Source of the DNA: Octopus bimaculoides
Taxonomy: Eukaryota
Reading direction: 5' to 3'
Length of the DNA stretch: 64,000 bases
NCBI RefSeq assembly: GCF_001194135.2
Contig: NC_068986.1
Span: 12,696,729 to 12,760,728 of the forward strand
Positions 51,098 to 63,496 of the stretch are shown here, piece by piece. The position numbers were made by a program, and so were the translations under genes. The notes beneath the pieces are model-generated. The model worked only from the letters and a program-made list of their open reading frames with translations. It made no database searches and had not been told where the DNA came from. Numbering within the stretch: the stretch's first letter is position 1; the number at the start of each line of letters is the position of its first letter.

Positions 51098-51904
51098 GGA
51101 CTTCGTATATCGAAAAGGGAAGCCGAGGTAATCAAGAATTTGAACACTGAAAGTAATGGTCGAAGAGTGAAAAAAGCGGGTCAGAATGAGGGTTCATTGG
51201 CCCCGCAAGGCAAGGATTTGAGTAATTCTCGGGAACGTCTGCTGATGTATGCAAAGCGTATGTATGAAACTCGCAATAGTTTGGCTAATAAGGAACCGCA
51301 TAAAAATGCCGAGAAACAGAAAAAAGACAAACCAGAACCTCTGCTAATCAGAAGCAAAAGACGTAATCTTGATCAACCTGAATCTACCAATCACCTTCTT
51401 GCTCGGGAGAAGCGTTTGAGCCCACGAGACCATTCTAAGAACTCAGGACACCACCACAATTCGCACAACAAAAACATGCAACATAAAATGAAAGGCAAAG
51501 GAAATTCTCATAATGATGATTTAAGGTTAGCAAAAGACCACCTTTCGGATATTGAGCAAAAACACTCTACTAAGCTGGCATCTTTCAAGAAAAATGGTGA
51601 AATGTCCCGCAGATTGAACGGCAAAAAGAATGACCACAAAGGAAAACGAGAGGATAAAAGACATCATAACAACGATCATCACAAGAAAATGAAGGCTTTT
51701 AAGAAAATAAACAAGAAGAAACATGATGAGCATAAGGCAGAGCATCATTTTAAAAATGGTCACTCTCACGGTAAGGCGAAGAATTCCAACAAATGGAAGA
51801 ACCATGACAAGTCTAATTTTCATAAGAACAAAAACAACAAGAAACATCTTTCCCATAAGAAACAGGATCTTACGATAGTTAAGAGGAAAGACATTAAATT
51901 CTAA
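51098..51904 (+). CDS. Terminal coding exon (268 aa + stop) of an unidentified Lys/His/Asn-rich protein; upstream exons not identified
   Basis: Acceptor ttttctttgtctttcAG| at 51096-51097 is in frame (phase 0) with an 807-nt stop-free, non-microsatellite ORF GLRISKREAEVIKNLNTES...KRKDIKF*. An in-frame stop lies 27 nt upstream (51071), inside the putative intron. Confidence 0.8.
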   Translation, partial: GLRISKREAEVIKNLNTESNGRRVKKAGQNEGSLAPQGKDLSNSRERLLMYAKRMYETRNSLANKEPHKNAEKQKKDKPEPLLIRSKRRNLDQPESTNHLLAREKRLSPRDHSKNSGHHHNSHNKNMQHKMKGKGNSHNDDLRLAKDHLSDIEQKHSTKLASFKKNGEMSRRLNGKKNDHKGKREDKRHHNNDHHKKMKAFKKINKKKHDEHKAEHHFKNGHSHGKAKNSNKWKNHDKSNFHKNKNNKKHLSHKKQDLTIVKRKDIKF

Positions 51905-52644
51905 AAGTAAAAATTTAAATCATGGTGTAGTAATCGGTTCCAAATTGTTTGGTCAGTATCTTACTTGTGTGAATTTCCACAGATAGCTACTTTTTTTCAA
52001 CGTCCATTTGTACTTATATATATATATAAATATACATAAATATATTTCCTATTCGCTCACAGCTTGCCACCAACTGGTTCCTCCTATATTGATCCCCTGC
52101 ACTTTGTTGTACTTTGCAGTTTTTATGAAGAAATCTCGTTTCATATGAACACTGTGTTGTTTGATTTTCTACAATATGAAGATATTCGCAAATTCATTTT
52201 ACAAAGACAAAATATAAATATAACAAATATATTAACCAAACGGGAACGGGAATAAACGATAATTGGTTCTCTTTATCTTTTCCTTTACTTTTTTCCTGCT
52301 ACTTTGATTAGTTTTTTCACACTAAAAACGTGCTGCGCCTTGTGGTTGTTTGCATGTTTTTTTTTTTATTGCATCGTGGTCGGGTCGTCTTCTTGTATGA
52401 CTTAAAGCATCACGTGGTCATTTTTTTTCTCATCACCTTCGCTCGCTTTTGTCTCTCCTGACAGTTCTCAAGTTAAATCGTCAATGAATTCCTTGCAAAG
52501 AATGAAAGAATAAATTTATTCGCAAAATGTAATCATTAAGACTGAACGAAATATTCCTGCATGCATGTATACACATCTACACGCAAGCACACATACACAT
52601 ACGTGAGCACGTCTGCATACATACATACATACATACATACATGC

Positions 52645-52707
<63 letters not shown>

Positions 52708-53074
52708 GATGCACGACAATAAGAACGTGAAAAGTTAAAGAATTTTATGATTGTTAAAATATAAACGAAAACCTTGTTTTTATTAATAATGCTTCTAATT
52801 GACTCTTAAACAGTGCAAGCAATATTTGGTGTGATGTTAGTCAGAATTGTATCAATCAGTTGACACTCAAACCTTTGTAGTGGAAATTTGTGTATTAAAA
52901 TTTTTTGACGGGAATAAAGTCTGTTACCCCATTATTTGAAATTGTGTTGTTTTTAGCAAGGGCAACGTGTGATGTTTTTTTTTGTTTTTTTCTTATTCTG
53001 GATATCTGCTTGGTAAGTGGTGAAAAATACTTCTGCATATAGTATAGTGTATCTACTGTCTACTGAAGATGCGT

Positions 53075-53300
53075 GGCCTAGTGGTTAGGGCTTTCCACTC
53101 ACGACCGCGTGATCATAGTTTCGATCCTTCAACCTGGTGGTACCCTACCGTTTTGAGCAAAATTCTTCATTTCACGCTGCCCTGCGATCATTTCGACATC
53201 TAACGTATGACATGCCGTCCACCTATACAGGCAACGTCGATTTGATGGACGGAGTCAACTACTGCACAGTTCAAAATGTGATTACTATAAACAAATCATG
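53075..53300 (+). mobile_element. Degenerate tRNA-derived SINE (family D-like)
   Basis: gcgtggcctagtggttagggc..cactcacgaccgcgtgatcatagtttcgatcc head. Confidence 0.6.
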
Positions 53301-54066
53301 TGATCAGGTTGTTCAGAAAAAAACATGCAGAACCTCCTCTGTCATCCATAATGTACTGCTTTTTTGTTTGTGTTGTATTTGTAAAAGAAAATCCACATTT
53401 GTAAGCTATGTTTGAGATTCCTGGTTCTTCAAACCATATCTAAGATTAATCTTAAAGGCAAGCACTGCCATGTATCTTCCGAGATGCTATCAGTGAATGG
53501 TGAATGTAAGATTTATAGGCTTTCAGATTCTAGTCTGTATATACCTGTATTTAACGTAGTATCCATACAAATATTTGGAAAGAATACGTTTCTGACATAA
53601 AAGAGTATCGTAATTCGCTAGGAATACTGGAATGTGTCTAAATGATATAAATGTTTCAAAGAAGTCTTTGAACATTGCAGATGAAAAGTTAGGAAATAAT
53701 ATGTAAGGTGTGATGTTAGTAAAGGAAAACAAATGAAATATTATATTACCTTACATAGGTTGTTAAATGCTCCTATAAATATTTCGGGAAAGATTCTCTG
53801 TTTCAAACAAAAAAAGAAAGAAAACAATGAAAGAAATTGGAGAAAACAATGAAAGAAAATGGAAATTGGAAAAGTGTAGGTACCGAGAGACAAACACATC
53901 AGAATGTTCTGCCTGTAACAATACATTTCTCTGATTATTTTTTTTCTTCTCTTTGAAAAGTAGACTATTAAACAACCTTTGTTATATAATATCTTTCTTC
54001 ATAGGATTGAGATAACTAAGTGGGAAGACTAAAGTCTGCTTTGACGATGATTTTAAATAACTAGAA

Positions 54067-54275
54067 AGGCGGTGAGCTGGCAGAAACGTTAGCATGCCGG
54101 GCAAAATGCTTAGCGGTATTTCGTCTGTATTGCGTTCAAATTTCGCCGAGATCGACTTTGCCTTTTATCTTTTCGAGGTCGATAAGTTAAGTACCAATTG
54201 CGTACCGGGATCGATCAAATCGACTTTCCACCCCTCCTCCAGATTTTTGGGCCTTGTACCTAGAGTAGAAAAAAA
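54067..54275 (+). mobile_element. Family A SINE, full length
   Basis: aggcggtgagctggcagaaacgttagcatgccgggcaaaatgcttagcgg... Confidence 0.85.
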
Positions 54276-55304
54276 AATTTGAAAGAATTGGAGAAATTTC
54301 GTTTGATAGAATCATACGAGTAGTTCTGATGAAGAGCAGAATGGCTTAACACCTTCATATGGTCTATAGTAAATTTATCTGTTTTAATATGAGAGAGTAA
54401 ATTCATCAAACGATTTGATTCTGCGCTTGCACTTAAATATAGTCAAAATAAGCAAATAACGAGCGAAAAAAAGAGCTTCTAGGCAGCCACTCGTTCTGTG
54501 AGATATAGCAACCATATTCCCTTAAATTATTATACCGTCTTTAAAATGGAGGAACGTATCTAGTCTTAGATATACAAAAATCGGCTTGTATGATGTTGAA
54601 ACATCTTTGATCATAGACTGACTCAATATAGCCTAACCTTGGGCTAATGATACCGCAACCATCTACAAATCTTTCAGCCTAAATTTTTCTCTGTCACTAA
54701 TTATAACAAAGAATATCCCATTATATACGTTCAATTCATTACAAGCATTATTTTTCACTATTATATATAGAATCGTATACAAGTTTGAAAAATTGTATTC
54801 TACTTTCTTATCTTCAGATTTATTTCATTTAATTGATCAGTAAACTAAATTGGGTGATAGTAGATATCCCTTTACACATTTCCTCAGCACTACTGTGTTG
54901 TGGGGCTACACATGTCTCTCTGGGGATCGAAACCACGTCTCCTTTGTCGGAGTCTTGTCATAATCATTTGCCACCTCTTATTCAGTTCAAAATTTACTTT
55001 ATTAATTTTGAAGCATTTTGCCTCGATCTACTTATTGATTATCTTTAGCTGATATCGAGAATCGATCACACAAGCTTTATCTTGCCACTTTAGCACTTGA
55101 AGAAGCGACATTCGACTAATCCTTTCCGCTCAATTTAAGGAATTCAAATCTCTTAGAACCTATCCTTTTATTCATCAAATGAACGGTTTTAAATTAAATT
55201 TTATCTCTATTTTAATGAGAGTCGAACTAAAATTTAGCGATAAATGCACTTCGATTATTACTTTTTGTATAGTAATATGTAAGTTATGAAAGACAGCGAG
55301 CGAT

Positions 55305-55718
55305 AGAAACGTTAACACGCCGGGTGAAATGCTTAGTGGTATTACGTCTGTCTTTACGTTCTGAGTTCAAATTCCGCCAAGGTCGACTTTGCTTTTCATC
55401 GTTTCGGGGTCGATAAATTAAGTACCTGTTGCGTACTGGAGTCGATCTAATTGACTGGCCCCTCCCCCATTATATCGGACATTGTGCCTAGAGCAGAAAA
55501 GAATATTTGTTTTAAGGCAGAAACGTTAGCACGCCGGGCAAAATGCAGAGCGGTATTCTGTCTGTCTTTACGTTCTGAGTTTAAATTCCGCCGAGACCGA
55601 TTTTGCCTTTCATCATTTCGGGGTCGATAAATTAAGTAGCAGTTGTGTATTGGGGTCGATGTAATCAACTGGCTCCCTCCCCAAGAATTTCGGGCCTTGT
55701 GACTAGAGTAGAAAGGAA
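55305..55718 (+). mobile_element. Two head-to-tail family A SINEs
   Basis: Cores at about 55305-55505 and 55515-55718. Confidence 0.85.
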
Positions 55719-55734
55719 TACGTAGGTTATGAAG

Positions 55735-55975
55735 GAACCTTATGGTTAAAGTGTTGTACTCACGATTGCAAGATTGTGGTTTCGATCCCCAAACTAGAAG
55801 TTAAGTCGTGTTCTTGAGCAAGACACTCCACTTTACATTGCTCTAGTCTACTCAGTTGTAAATGAATGACCCTACCATGGACTGCTGTCCCGTTCAGGAG
55901 AGAATGTTGTGATTTCAGTCACTTCTACGCCTTGGAAACTAGGCAATCAGCCCTCTGATTCCTTGGACTCGAGAC
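55735..55975 (+). mobile_element. Degenerate tRNA-derived SINE (family D-like)
   Basis: gtttcgatcccc...gtgttcttgagcaagacactccactttacattgctctag. Confidence 0.6.
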
Positions 55976-56379
55976 AGTATTTACTAATTGCGTTGATTAC
56001 GTAAAGCAAACGTGGAAATGAAGAAAGATAAGTGAGCCTCCAGTAGTTATTCAAGACACACCTCAATTTCAAGAGACTCTTCAAACAGACATTTTCGCAT
56101 ATTGATGACAAAAGAAGGAGAATGCGGATTTAGATGTTCTCTGTCTAAATTATCTTAGGTTGGATCTCAATTTGGAAATATTATTTTTTAACGAACAATT
56201 CTAGAAGAAAGCTACAGAATTCAACGGTAAACTCTCCCATATTTTACACGTCATAGATGTGGCATTATTGAAGTTAATCAGACGATAACGATATATTCAT
56301 AATAGTTACTATTATGGCTTAGACCAGTGCACATTGCGCGTTTACTGTTAAAACGGTTATCAAAAACATTGAATTTTTT

Positions 56380-56550
56380 ATTCTTTTACTTGATGCACCG
56401 CCATGGGGTAACACCTTGAAGAATTTTAGTCGATCAAATTGACTCCAGTTCTAATTTTTTTTGAAAGCTAGTACTTATTCTATCGGTCACTATTGCCGAG
56501 CTGCTAAGTTACGGTGAATGTGCATTTGTCACTGGCGGATGAGGGAGCAA
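56380..56550 (-). mobile_element. Family B SINE 3' half
   Basis: Reverse complement of the family B tail. Confidence 0.65.
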
Positions 56551-56639
56551 GCACATAAAAATCCTTAGAATAGAAATAGCGTTCCTGAGTTCAAATTCAG
56601 TCTGAGAAAATGTAAATACACACACAAACACGCACACAC

Positions 56640-56687
<48 letters not shown>

Positions 56688-57599
56688 AGACGACTTCATG
56701 ATGACAGTAGTCGAACTAGTTGATAATTTGGCACATAAAAGATAAGGTTAGTAGTAAGAAAAACTTTACTTGTTTATTATGTGTATGTAGTGTTGTAAAT
56801 AATTATTAAATTTAACAGTTCAATAGTCATTAATATCATCTCAGCCATTGGTGTTATCTCAGAAATTCAGACGTAATTAAGAACAGCTGATGAGGATAAA
56901 CGTTTCCTTTCAGTAATAACCAATGAACGTACACAATAAACAATTGACCGATAATCGATAAAGTCGATTTAAAATTTATAAAGCAAAGGTGAGATTTTGA
57001 AGTGTTTTCGTTTCAGAGATTAACTTGACTGATTTTCCCTCAGAGTGCATTTGTGGAAGAAAACAATATTGGAACCTGATGCGTGTTACGAACAAACATA
57101 TAGTTCGAACAAGCCAAAGTCCTTTAGGTTCTATGTAGTAAACTGAACGTTCTAACATCGTAATTCTCTTAAGGCAATAGCAAAAGTAGCTAAACCGAGT
57201 TCCAATAGGATCGGGTCAGAGAGAAATGAAAGTAAATTTCAAAAGGCTTAGATTACTGCTCTAGTTACAACAATTCTTGGGTGCCTTAACCATCCAGGTG
57301 GGTTACAATGCAGACAGCAGCACTGAATGTGGCAACAGATGGGTATCCAGGGGCCATGACCTGGATATGGCCTGACCAACTGAAAGTGTACAGACCCGAA
57401 AACACTTACATGAGGATGTGGAGTTTTCTTCTCTGAAGACCTACTGTTCAACTTTCCCTAGATCTTCATACAACCTACCGTTTATTATGGCGTAACAGAA
57501 CTGAAAGTACTTTGACCGGAAATATGAATTAAGTCACGATTTTTGCTCTGCGGATGCTTACCTGTTACCTAACACACTTGCCAACAGTGTTATCGATTG

Positions 57600-57748
57600 T
57601 GTGAGTGTATGGTTAGGAAGTTCGATCTGCAGCCACAGTTATCGAACGAGTCCAAATTAGAAGCCCGTTTGGTAAGACACTTCTACTCTAACCCCGGAAT
57701 TTGTGAGTGAATCTGGTAGACGGAAACTGTGTAAAAGCCCGTCGTGTA
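57600..57748 (+). mobile_element. Family B SINE 5' half, degenerate
   Basis: Family B head. Confidence 0.65.
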
Positions 57749-57894
57749 CATACATATATACATAAATACGTACGTATATATATACGTGTGTGTGTGTGCG
57801 CGTGCGTGTGCGTGTGCGTGTGCGTGTGCGTGTGTGTGTGTGTGTGTAGATATAGATATATACACAGACATACAGGAAGTAAATAGACCCTTTA

Positions 57895-58335
57895 ATTTTC
57901 GAAACCTTTTATTTGATATTAATTGGTTGAAGGAGAGGTTTTCTTCTAGCTGCTCATCCAAAATACTCAAGCTTATGCAGATATGTAACACATGTTCTTG
58001 GACTAATTTCTAGCTGTTTTGCAATGTCAGAAGCCTTTGAACTGAGTTCGTTTTCCACAATTCTCTTCAAACAGTGAAGCTTCCTTTCCGAGGGCCCAGC
58101 TCGGCCGGGATGAGAATCTGTTGATTCTTTTCCTTGACCTTTGAATTGCACTATAATTCTATTAACAGTAGCAAGGGGAACTTGAAGATTTTCGGCAGTT
58201 TTTCGCTGGCTAAGACCAGCCTCAGATTGCCCAACAATACCACTACTTTGAAAATCTGACAGTTCCGCTGAATTTTTTTATGCGTGGCATGGTTACTCTT
58301 CACAAATGTTTAATATAATGACACCTGGAATGAAA
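57895..58335 (-). mobile_element. Tc1-like transposase 5' fragment (paired/HTH region)
   Basis: ATG at about 58290 (-), 1-nt frameshift, then [42 protein letters not shown]...PGR...[29 protein letters not shown]. Confidence 0.8.
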
Positions 58336-58847
58336 AAGAATAATTAGATTGTAAATTCTACACCGCTGAAAACATATTAAGATGCTTACATGAGAAATTN
58401 NNNNNNNNNNNNNNNNNNNNNNNNNNNNNNNNNNNNNNNNNNNNNNNNNNNNNNNNNNNNNNNNNNNNNNNNNNNNNNNNNNNNNNNNNNNNNNNNNNNN
58501 NNNNNNNNNNNNNNNNNNNNNNNNNNNNNNNNNNNNNNNNNNNNNNNNNNNNNNNNNNNNNNNNNNNNNNNNNNNNNNNNNNNNNNNNNNNNNNNNNNNN
58601 NNNNNNNNNNNNNNNNNNNNNNNNNNNNNNNNNNNNNNNNNNNNNNNNNNNNNNNNNNNNNNNNNNNNNNNNNNNNNNNNNNNNNNNNNNNNNNNNNNNN
58701 NNNNNNNNNNNNNNNNNNNNNNNNNNNNNNNNNNNNNNNNNNNNNNNNNNNNNNNNNNNNNNNNNNNNNNNNNNNNNNNNNNNNNNNNNNNNNNNNNNNN
58801 NNNNNNNNNNNNNNNNNNNNNNNNNNNNNNNNNNNNNNNNNNNNNNN

Positions 58848-58890
<43 letters not shown>

Positions 58891-59465
58891 GAACCAATGA
58901 GATAACAAACCCAAGAAAGCATATATCCACAACACTCCTTAGGTAATCTTCAACAACCCTACTTAACTTTCCTTTATCTCCATTTTTATCTTTAATCTTT
59001 TAACTCCTATCTTACTTTAAGGATCTCAATCACTTAATATTACATATATGGACATGCAAGCGGATACATGCGTGTGTGTAAATGTGTGTGTATGTATGAT
59101 TGTGTACGTATGTCTATGTATGTGGATATATGTTTGTATGTATGTATATGTGTGTGTGTATATGTACGTGCATATGTATATCCAAATATATATGAGTGTG
59201 TGTATGTGTATATATGAGTGTGTGTATGTGTACATATGAGTGTGTGTATGAGTGTATGTATGTGTATATATTTTCATAGTCTTTGAATAGGTAAATGCTT
59301 CCATATTCAGATAGGCTCTCTTTCTTTCTCTCTATTCCTTTGTGAATGTCTGGTGGGTAGTTAGTTAGTTACTTAGGTAGGTAGGTAAGTAGGTAGGTAG
59401 GTAGGTAGGTAGGTACTACCTACCTACCTACCTACATACATACATACATACCAGGTATTCACAAA

Positions 59466-59499
<34 letters not shown>

Positions 59500-59664
59500 A
59501 TCTGAAGACNNNNNNNNNNGACTATATCTACAAAACATTTCACGTAATTTTTTTCTCCAATTTAAATGTTTTTCTTATTTTACTCTTAGTTGAAAAAGTC
59601 TAAAAAGACGAAAACTGGCACTAAAATGTACTTCATGATAAAATTATTTTAGCATTTTCTACCT

Positions 59665-59721
<57 letters not shown>

Positions 59722-60406
59722 AAACACATATATATTTGTATTTCGGGATGGTCGCGTTGTTGATATTGTTGCGGCCGTTTCTGAAATTATTGTATGCGTG
59801 TGTATATGCGTTCGCTCCTTATATTGCTTGTACCCGTGCTCTTTATACAGTTACAAAGACCGACAACAACAGCGGTAACAACAACAGCATCAAGAACAAT
59901 AACTATGAGGATGGAAGCAGCGTGGGGGAACACACAAACACAGAGCGATACAGGAACGGTACTAAAGATCGGGTTCAAAGGCAGCAACAGTGGCAACGGT
60001 TGGAGAGGTCGGAGTTGAGGGGAGGGTTATAGTGCTACTAAGAACAATCATACATACGCACACATACACACAAAACACACAAACGCACATGCGCAAATAA
60101 GGATACACATCATAGATCAACAGAATGGAATAAGCGGAGCGAGAGCATACACGAAGACGGAAAGTGTCACTGAAGAGGTCACAGATGTGTGACGAAAGAT
60201 TTCTAGATAATGGACATGAGTTAGAATAAGAAGAGTAATAAACAAGTGGAGAACGAATATACAGTGCGTGCTTATTTGACAAAAAAAAATATGGTCATCC
60301 CGAAATACAACAATATGTGTTTCGACACACGGTTTCACATCAGGAATCCAGCAACAAAAATTCATAAATGGATATACATACATACATACATACATACATA
60401 GTGAAA

Positions 60407-60736
60407 GCGCATGTCTCAGTGGTTTGAGTGTGGAGATCACGATCGTGAGGTTGTGAGTTCGATTTCCGGACCGGGCTGTGTGTTGTGTTCTCGAGCAAGA
60501 CACTTTATTTCATGTTGCTCCAGTTCACTCAACTGTAGAAATGAGTTGCGACAACACTGGTGCCAAGCTGTATCGACCTCTTTGCCTTTCCCTTGGATAA
60601 CATCGGTGGCGTGGAGAGGGGAGGCTGGTATACATGGGCGACTGCTGGTCTTCCATAAACAACCTTGCCCGGACTTGCGTCTGGGAGGATAACTTTCTAG
60701 GTGCAATCCGATGGTCATTCATGACCGAAGGGGCTC
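60407..60736 (+). mobile_element. tRNA-derived SINE, full length (family D)
   Basis: gcgcatgtctcagtggtttgagtgtggagatcacgatcgtgaggttgtgagttcgatttccgg...gaccgaagggg. Confidence 0.85.
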
Positions 60737-61216
60737 GCGGCGCGATATATATATATATAGATAAATAGATAAATATACACATACACAGAGAGAGACAGAC
60801 ATACACTCAGATATATTTATATATACACACTCATAGAGGATAGGCTATCGAAGACGTGTATGTATGCATGTACGCACACACACACTCATTCACACATGTA
60901 TGCATGTCTACCCGTCTGTTAGTATGTCGACGTAATACCCGCTTTCTCATATCGCACGCACACAATTAATCTCTCCCAAAGAACCATTGTAAATTACGTA
61001 ACTTGATAGCTCTGGTTTCAAAAGATAATTTACCACAGCAGTAATATGATGAATTAACTAAAATAATACGAGAATAAAGGCAATTAACAGGAATAAATAC
61101 TGCAAAAGAAAATTAAGCTTTATAGATTATTCTTTATTTTAATTATTTTGCCTTTTTCGTTTCTCTTTTATTTTAATTATTTTGCCTTTTTCGTTTCTCT
61201 TTTATCTAATGTTTAA

Positions 61217-61247
<31 letters not shown>

Positions 61248-61294
61248 CATACATACATACACATATACATACATATATACATACCCACATGTGT

Positions 61295-61334
<40 letters not shown>

Positions 61335-61579
61335 TTGAAGGCATGGCTGCGTGGTAAGAAGCTCGCTTCCCGTTCATCGGACAAAACTATCCGATGAACG
61401 GGAACGTGAAACTCAGAGTAACAGTCTTTTGTTATATTTCTGCTGCTTTTAAATAAAGGATATTACTCTACCTCTGGTATTTGAGTACTCTTTTTTCCAC
61501 CTTGTTGCACATTTCACGTGCTTACTCCGGTATATATATATATATATATATATATACGTATATACACCTGCATATAAAC

Positions 61580-61620
<41 letters not shown>

Positions 61621-62018
61621 CATACATATATATACACACAAATTTGATATGTATGTATATAATGTTTGATGTTTTTTTTTTCTCATTAAATCTCTTTCTG
61701 TCTCATTAAATATTAGTAATTATTCGCTGTCGCTGTGGTGTCAAAAATGCTGGTAGATAATAAGATGGCTGACGCCTTAAATGTTGCGCTTAACACGCCA
61801 CCAAAAATGTAAACTGTGAGGAGACTGTATAAATTTAATCTGTCTTAATCCTAAGATTATTATCTTAGCACACGCCGTTCTTCTCAATCTTTTCATTTCT
61901 ATTGAATAATTAAGCGAAGGATATATAGACCAATCTATAGGCACGTGATTAATTAATAAGATACGGCGTGACTTCATCTCTCTTTCTCTATCTCTCTCTA
62001 TCTCTATCTCTCTCTGTT

Positions 62019-62049
<31 letters not shown>

Positions 62050-62174
62050 ATGTATATATACAAATATATGTATATGTATATACATGTATATATATATACA
62101 AATATATATCATATATATATATATATATGTGTGCGTATATATGCGTACATATATATGCATGCATATGCATATAC

Positions 62175-62266
<92 letters not shown>

Positions 62267-62750
62267 TACGCATGCGTATGCTTTCGAGTGTGTGTCGATT
62301 GTACACGTATACATACCACATATGAGAGTTGTTCTCAAATTTTTAGTCTTAAAAATTGCAGAAAAACAAGCATATATAGAAACCAGTAACACACCCACAG
62401 ACACACACACTCTCTTTCTCTTTGCTTATTTCTTTCTTTCAGTCTCTCTCTCTCTCTCTCTCTTTCCATCTTTTTGTCTCTCGCTGTGCACATGTGTGTG
62501 TGTGTGCGTGTGCGTGTGTGTGTGTGTGTGAGTGTGTGTGTGTGTGTGTTAGGATAAGCAAGTTAAGCAGGTCAATATACAAAGTATAGTAAATACATTA
62601 AATATAAAAAAGTACATATGTTTACACAGAATAGAAACGATATCTAGAAAAAAAAGTGTTGAATAAAAGTTATACACATCCAACAGCTGTTTCTGGAGGA
62701 CTGGTGGTCCAAAGTTATACATGTAGATTCATTCCATTGTCGGATGAGAC

Positions 62751-62837
62751 GAGCCTCCATCTTCAGGAAAGAGATCTTACACTTGAGGTGTTGTCGACAC
62801 TTCAATTGTAAGATTTCTTCCCTGAAGGCGGAGGCTC
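62751..62837. ncRNA. 87-nt hairpin candidate, directly followed by hammerhead core motifs
   Basis: 41-bp stem with 3 G-T, 2 A-C and 1 C-T departures and a small loop. CTGACGA at 62841-62847 and a downstream GAAA. Confidence 0.45.
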
Positions 62838-63451
62838 CGACTGACGAGAGCTGTAAAATGGTAAAGCTAGAAAATTTTAGAAAGCTGCAGAAATATGAAG
62901 TGAGATTTTTTGTTAGCGGTAGAACTCGAAGTAGATAAAGCTATAAATAATAGTGTGTAGAATATTGGGTAAAATGTCTTTGGATGCAAATACAATCTTG
63001 GGTTTACGTCCGTGAGACATAAACCCACAATTAGAAGAGATAAATAGTAGTAGATTGGTTGATTTACAGGGAGGAATTAGTCAGGATTTCCATATATGTC
63101 TTCATTCTGAACATGTTTCCGCTGGATTAAACCTGAATATAACATTTGCTACAGTAATAGTCTTCGGAGAACAACTTTCATTATATGATCTGCGTTGGCA
63201 ACTCACACGTGCCGATAACGTAAGAGGGTGTGAAACACCGGTGTGTTGATATAATTTTGTCTCTTCAATCAGATATAACACCCGGATCTTTGAATATTCT
63301 TTAAAGGATTCAATAAATTAAAATTTACTGATGTGTTTTCATCACCGACAAGCACATATTAAATTGTTATGAGCACGCAATAGAGGCAACAACTATTTTA
63401 AATATTTAGAGAAAGATTGGAAACTAGAGCTCTAGACTAGTAAAACATATA

Positions 63452-63496
<45 letters not shown>

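Noticed and set aside
51527-51856. 109-aa hydrophobic minus-strand ORF
   Set aside because: Antisense shadow of the Lys/His-rich exon.
59736-60032. 98-aa + strand ORF with a hydrophobic N-terminus, considered as a small secreted protein
   Set aside because: Low-complexity (AAC)n and (GT)n-derived composition, starts at TTG, and has no splice or promoter support.
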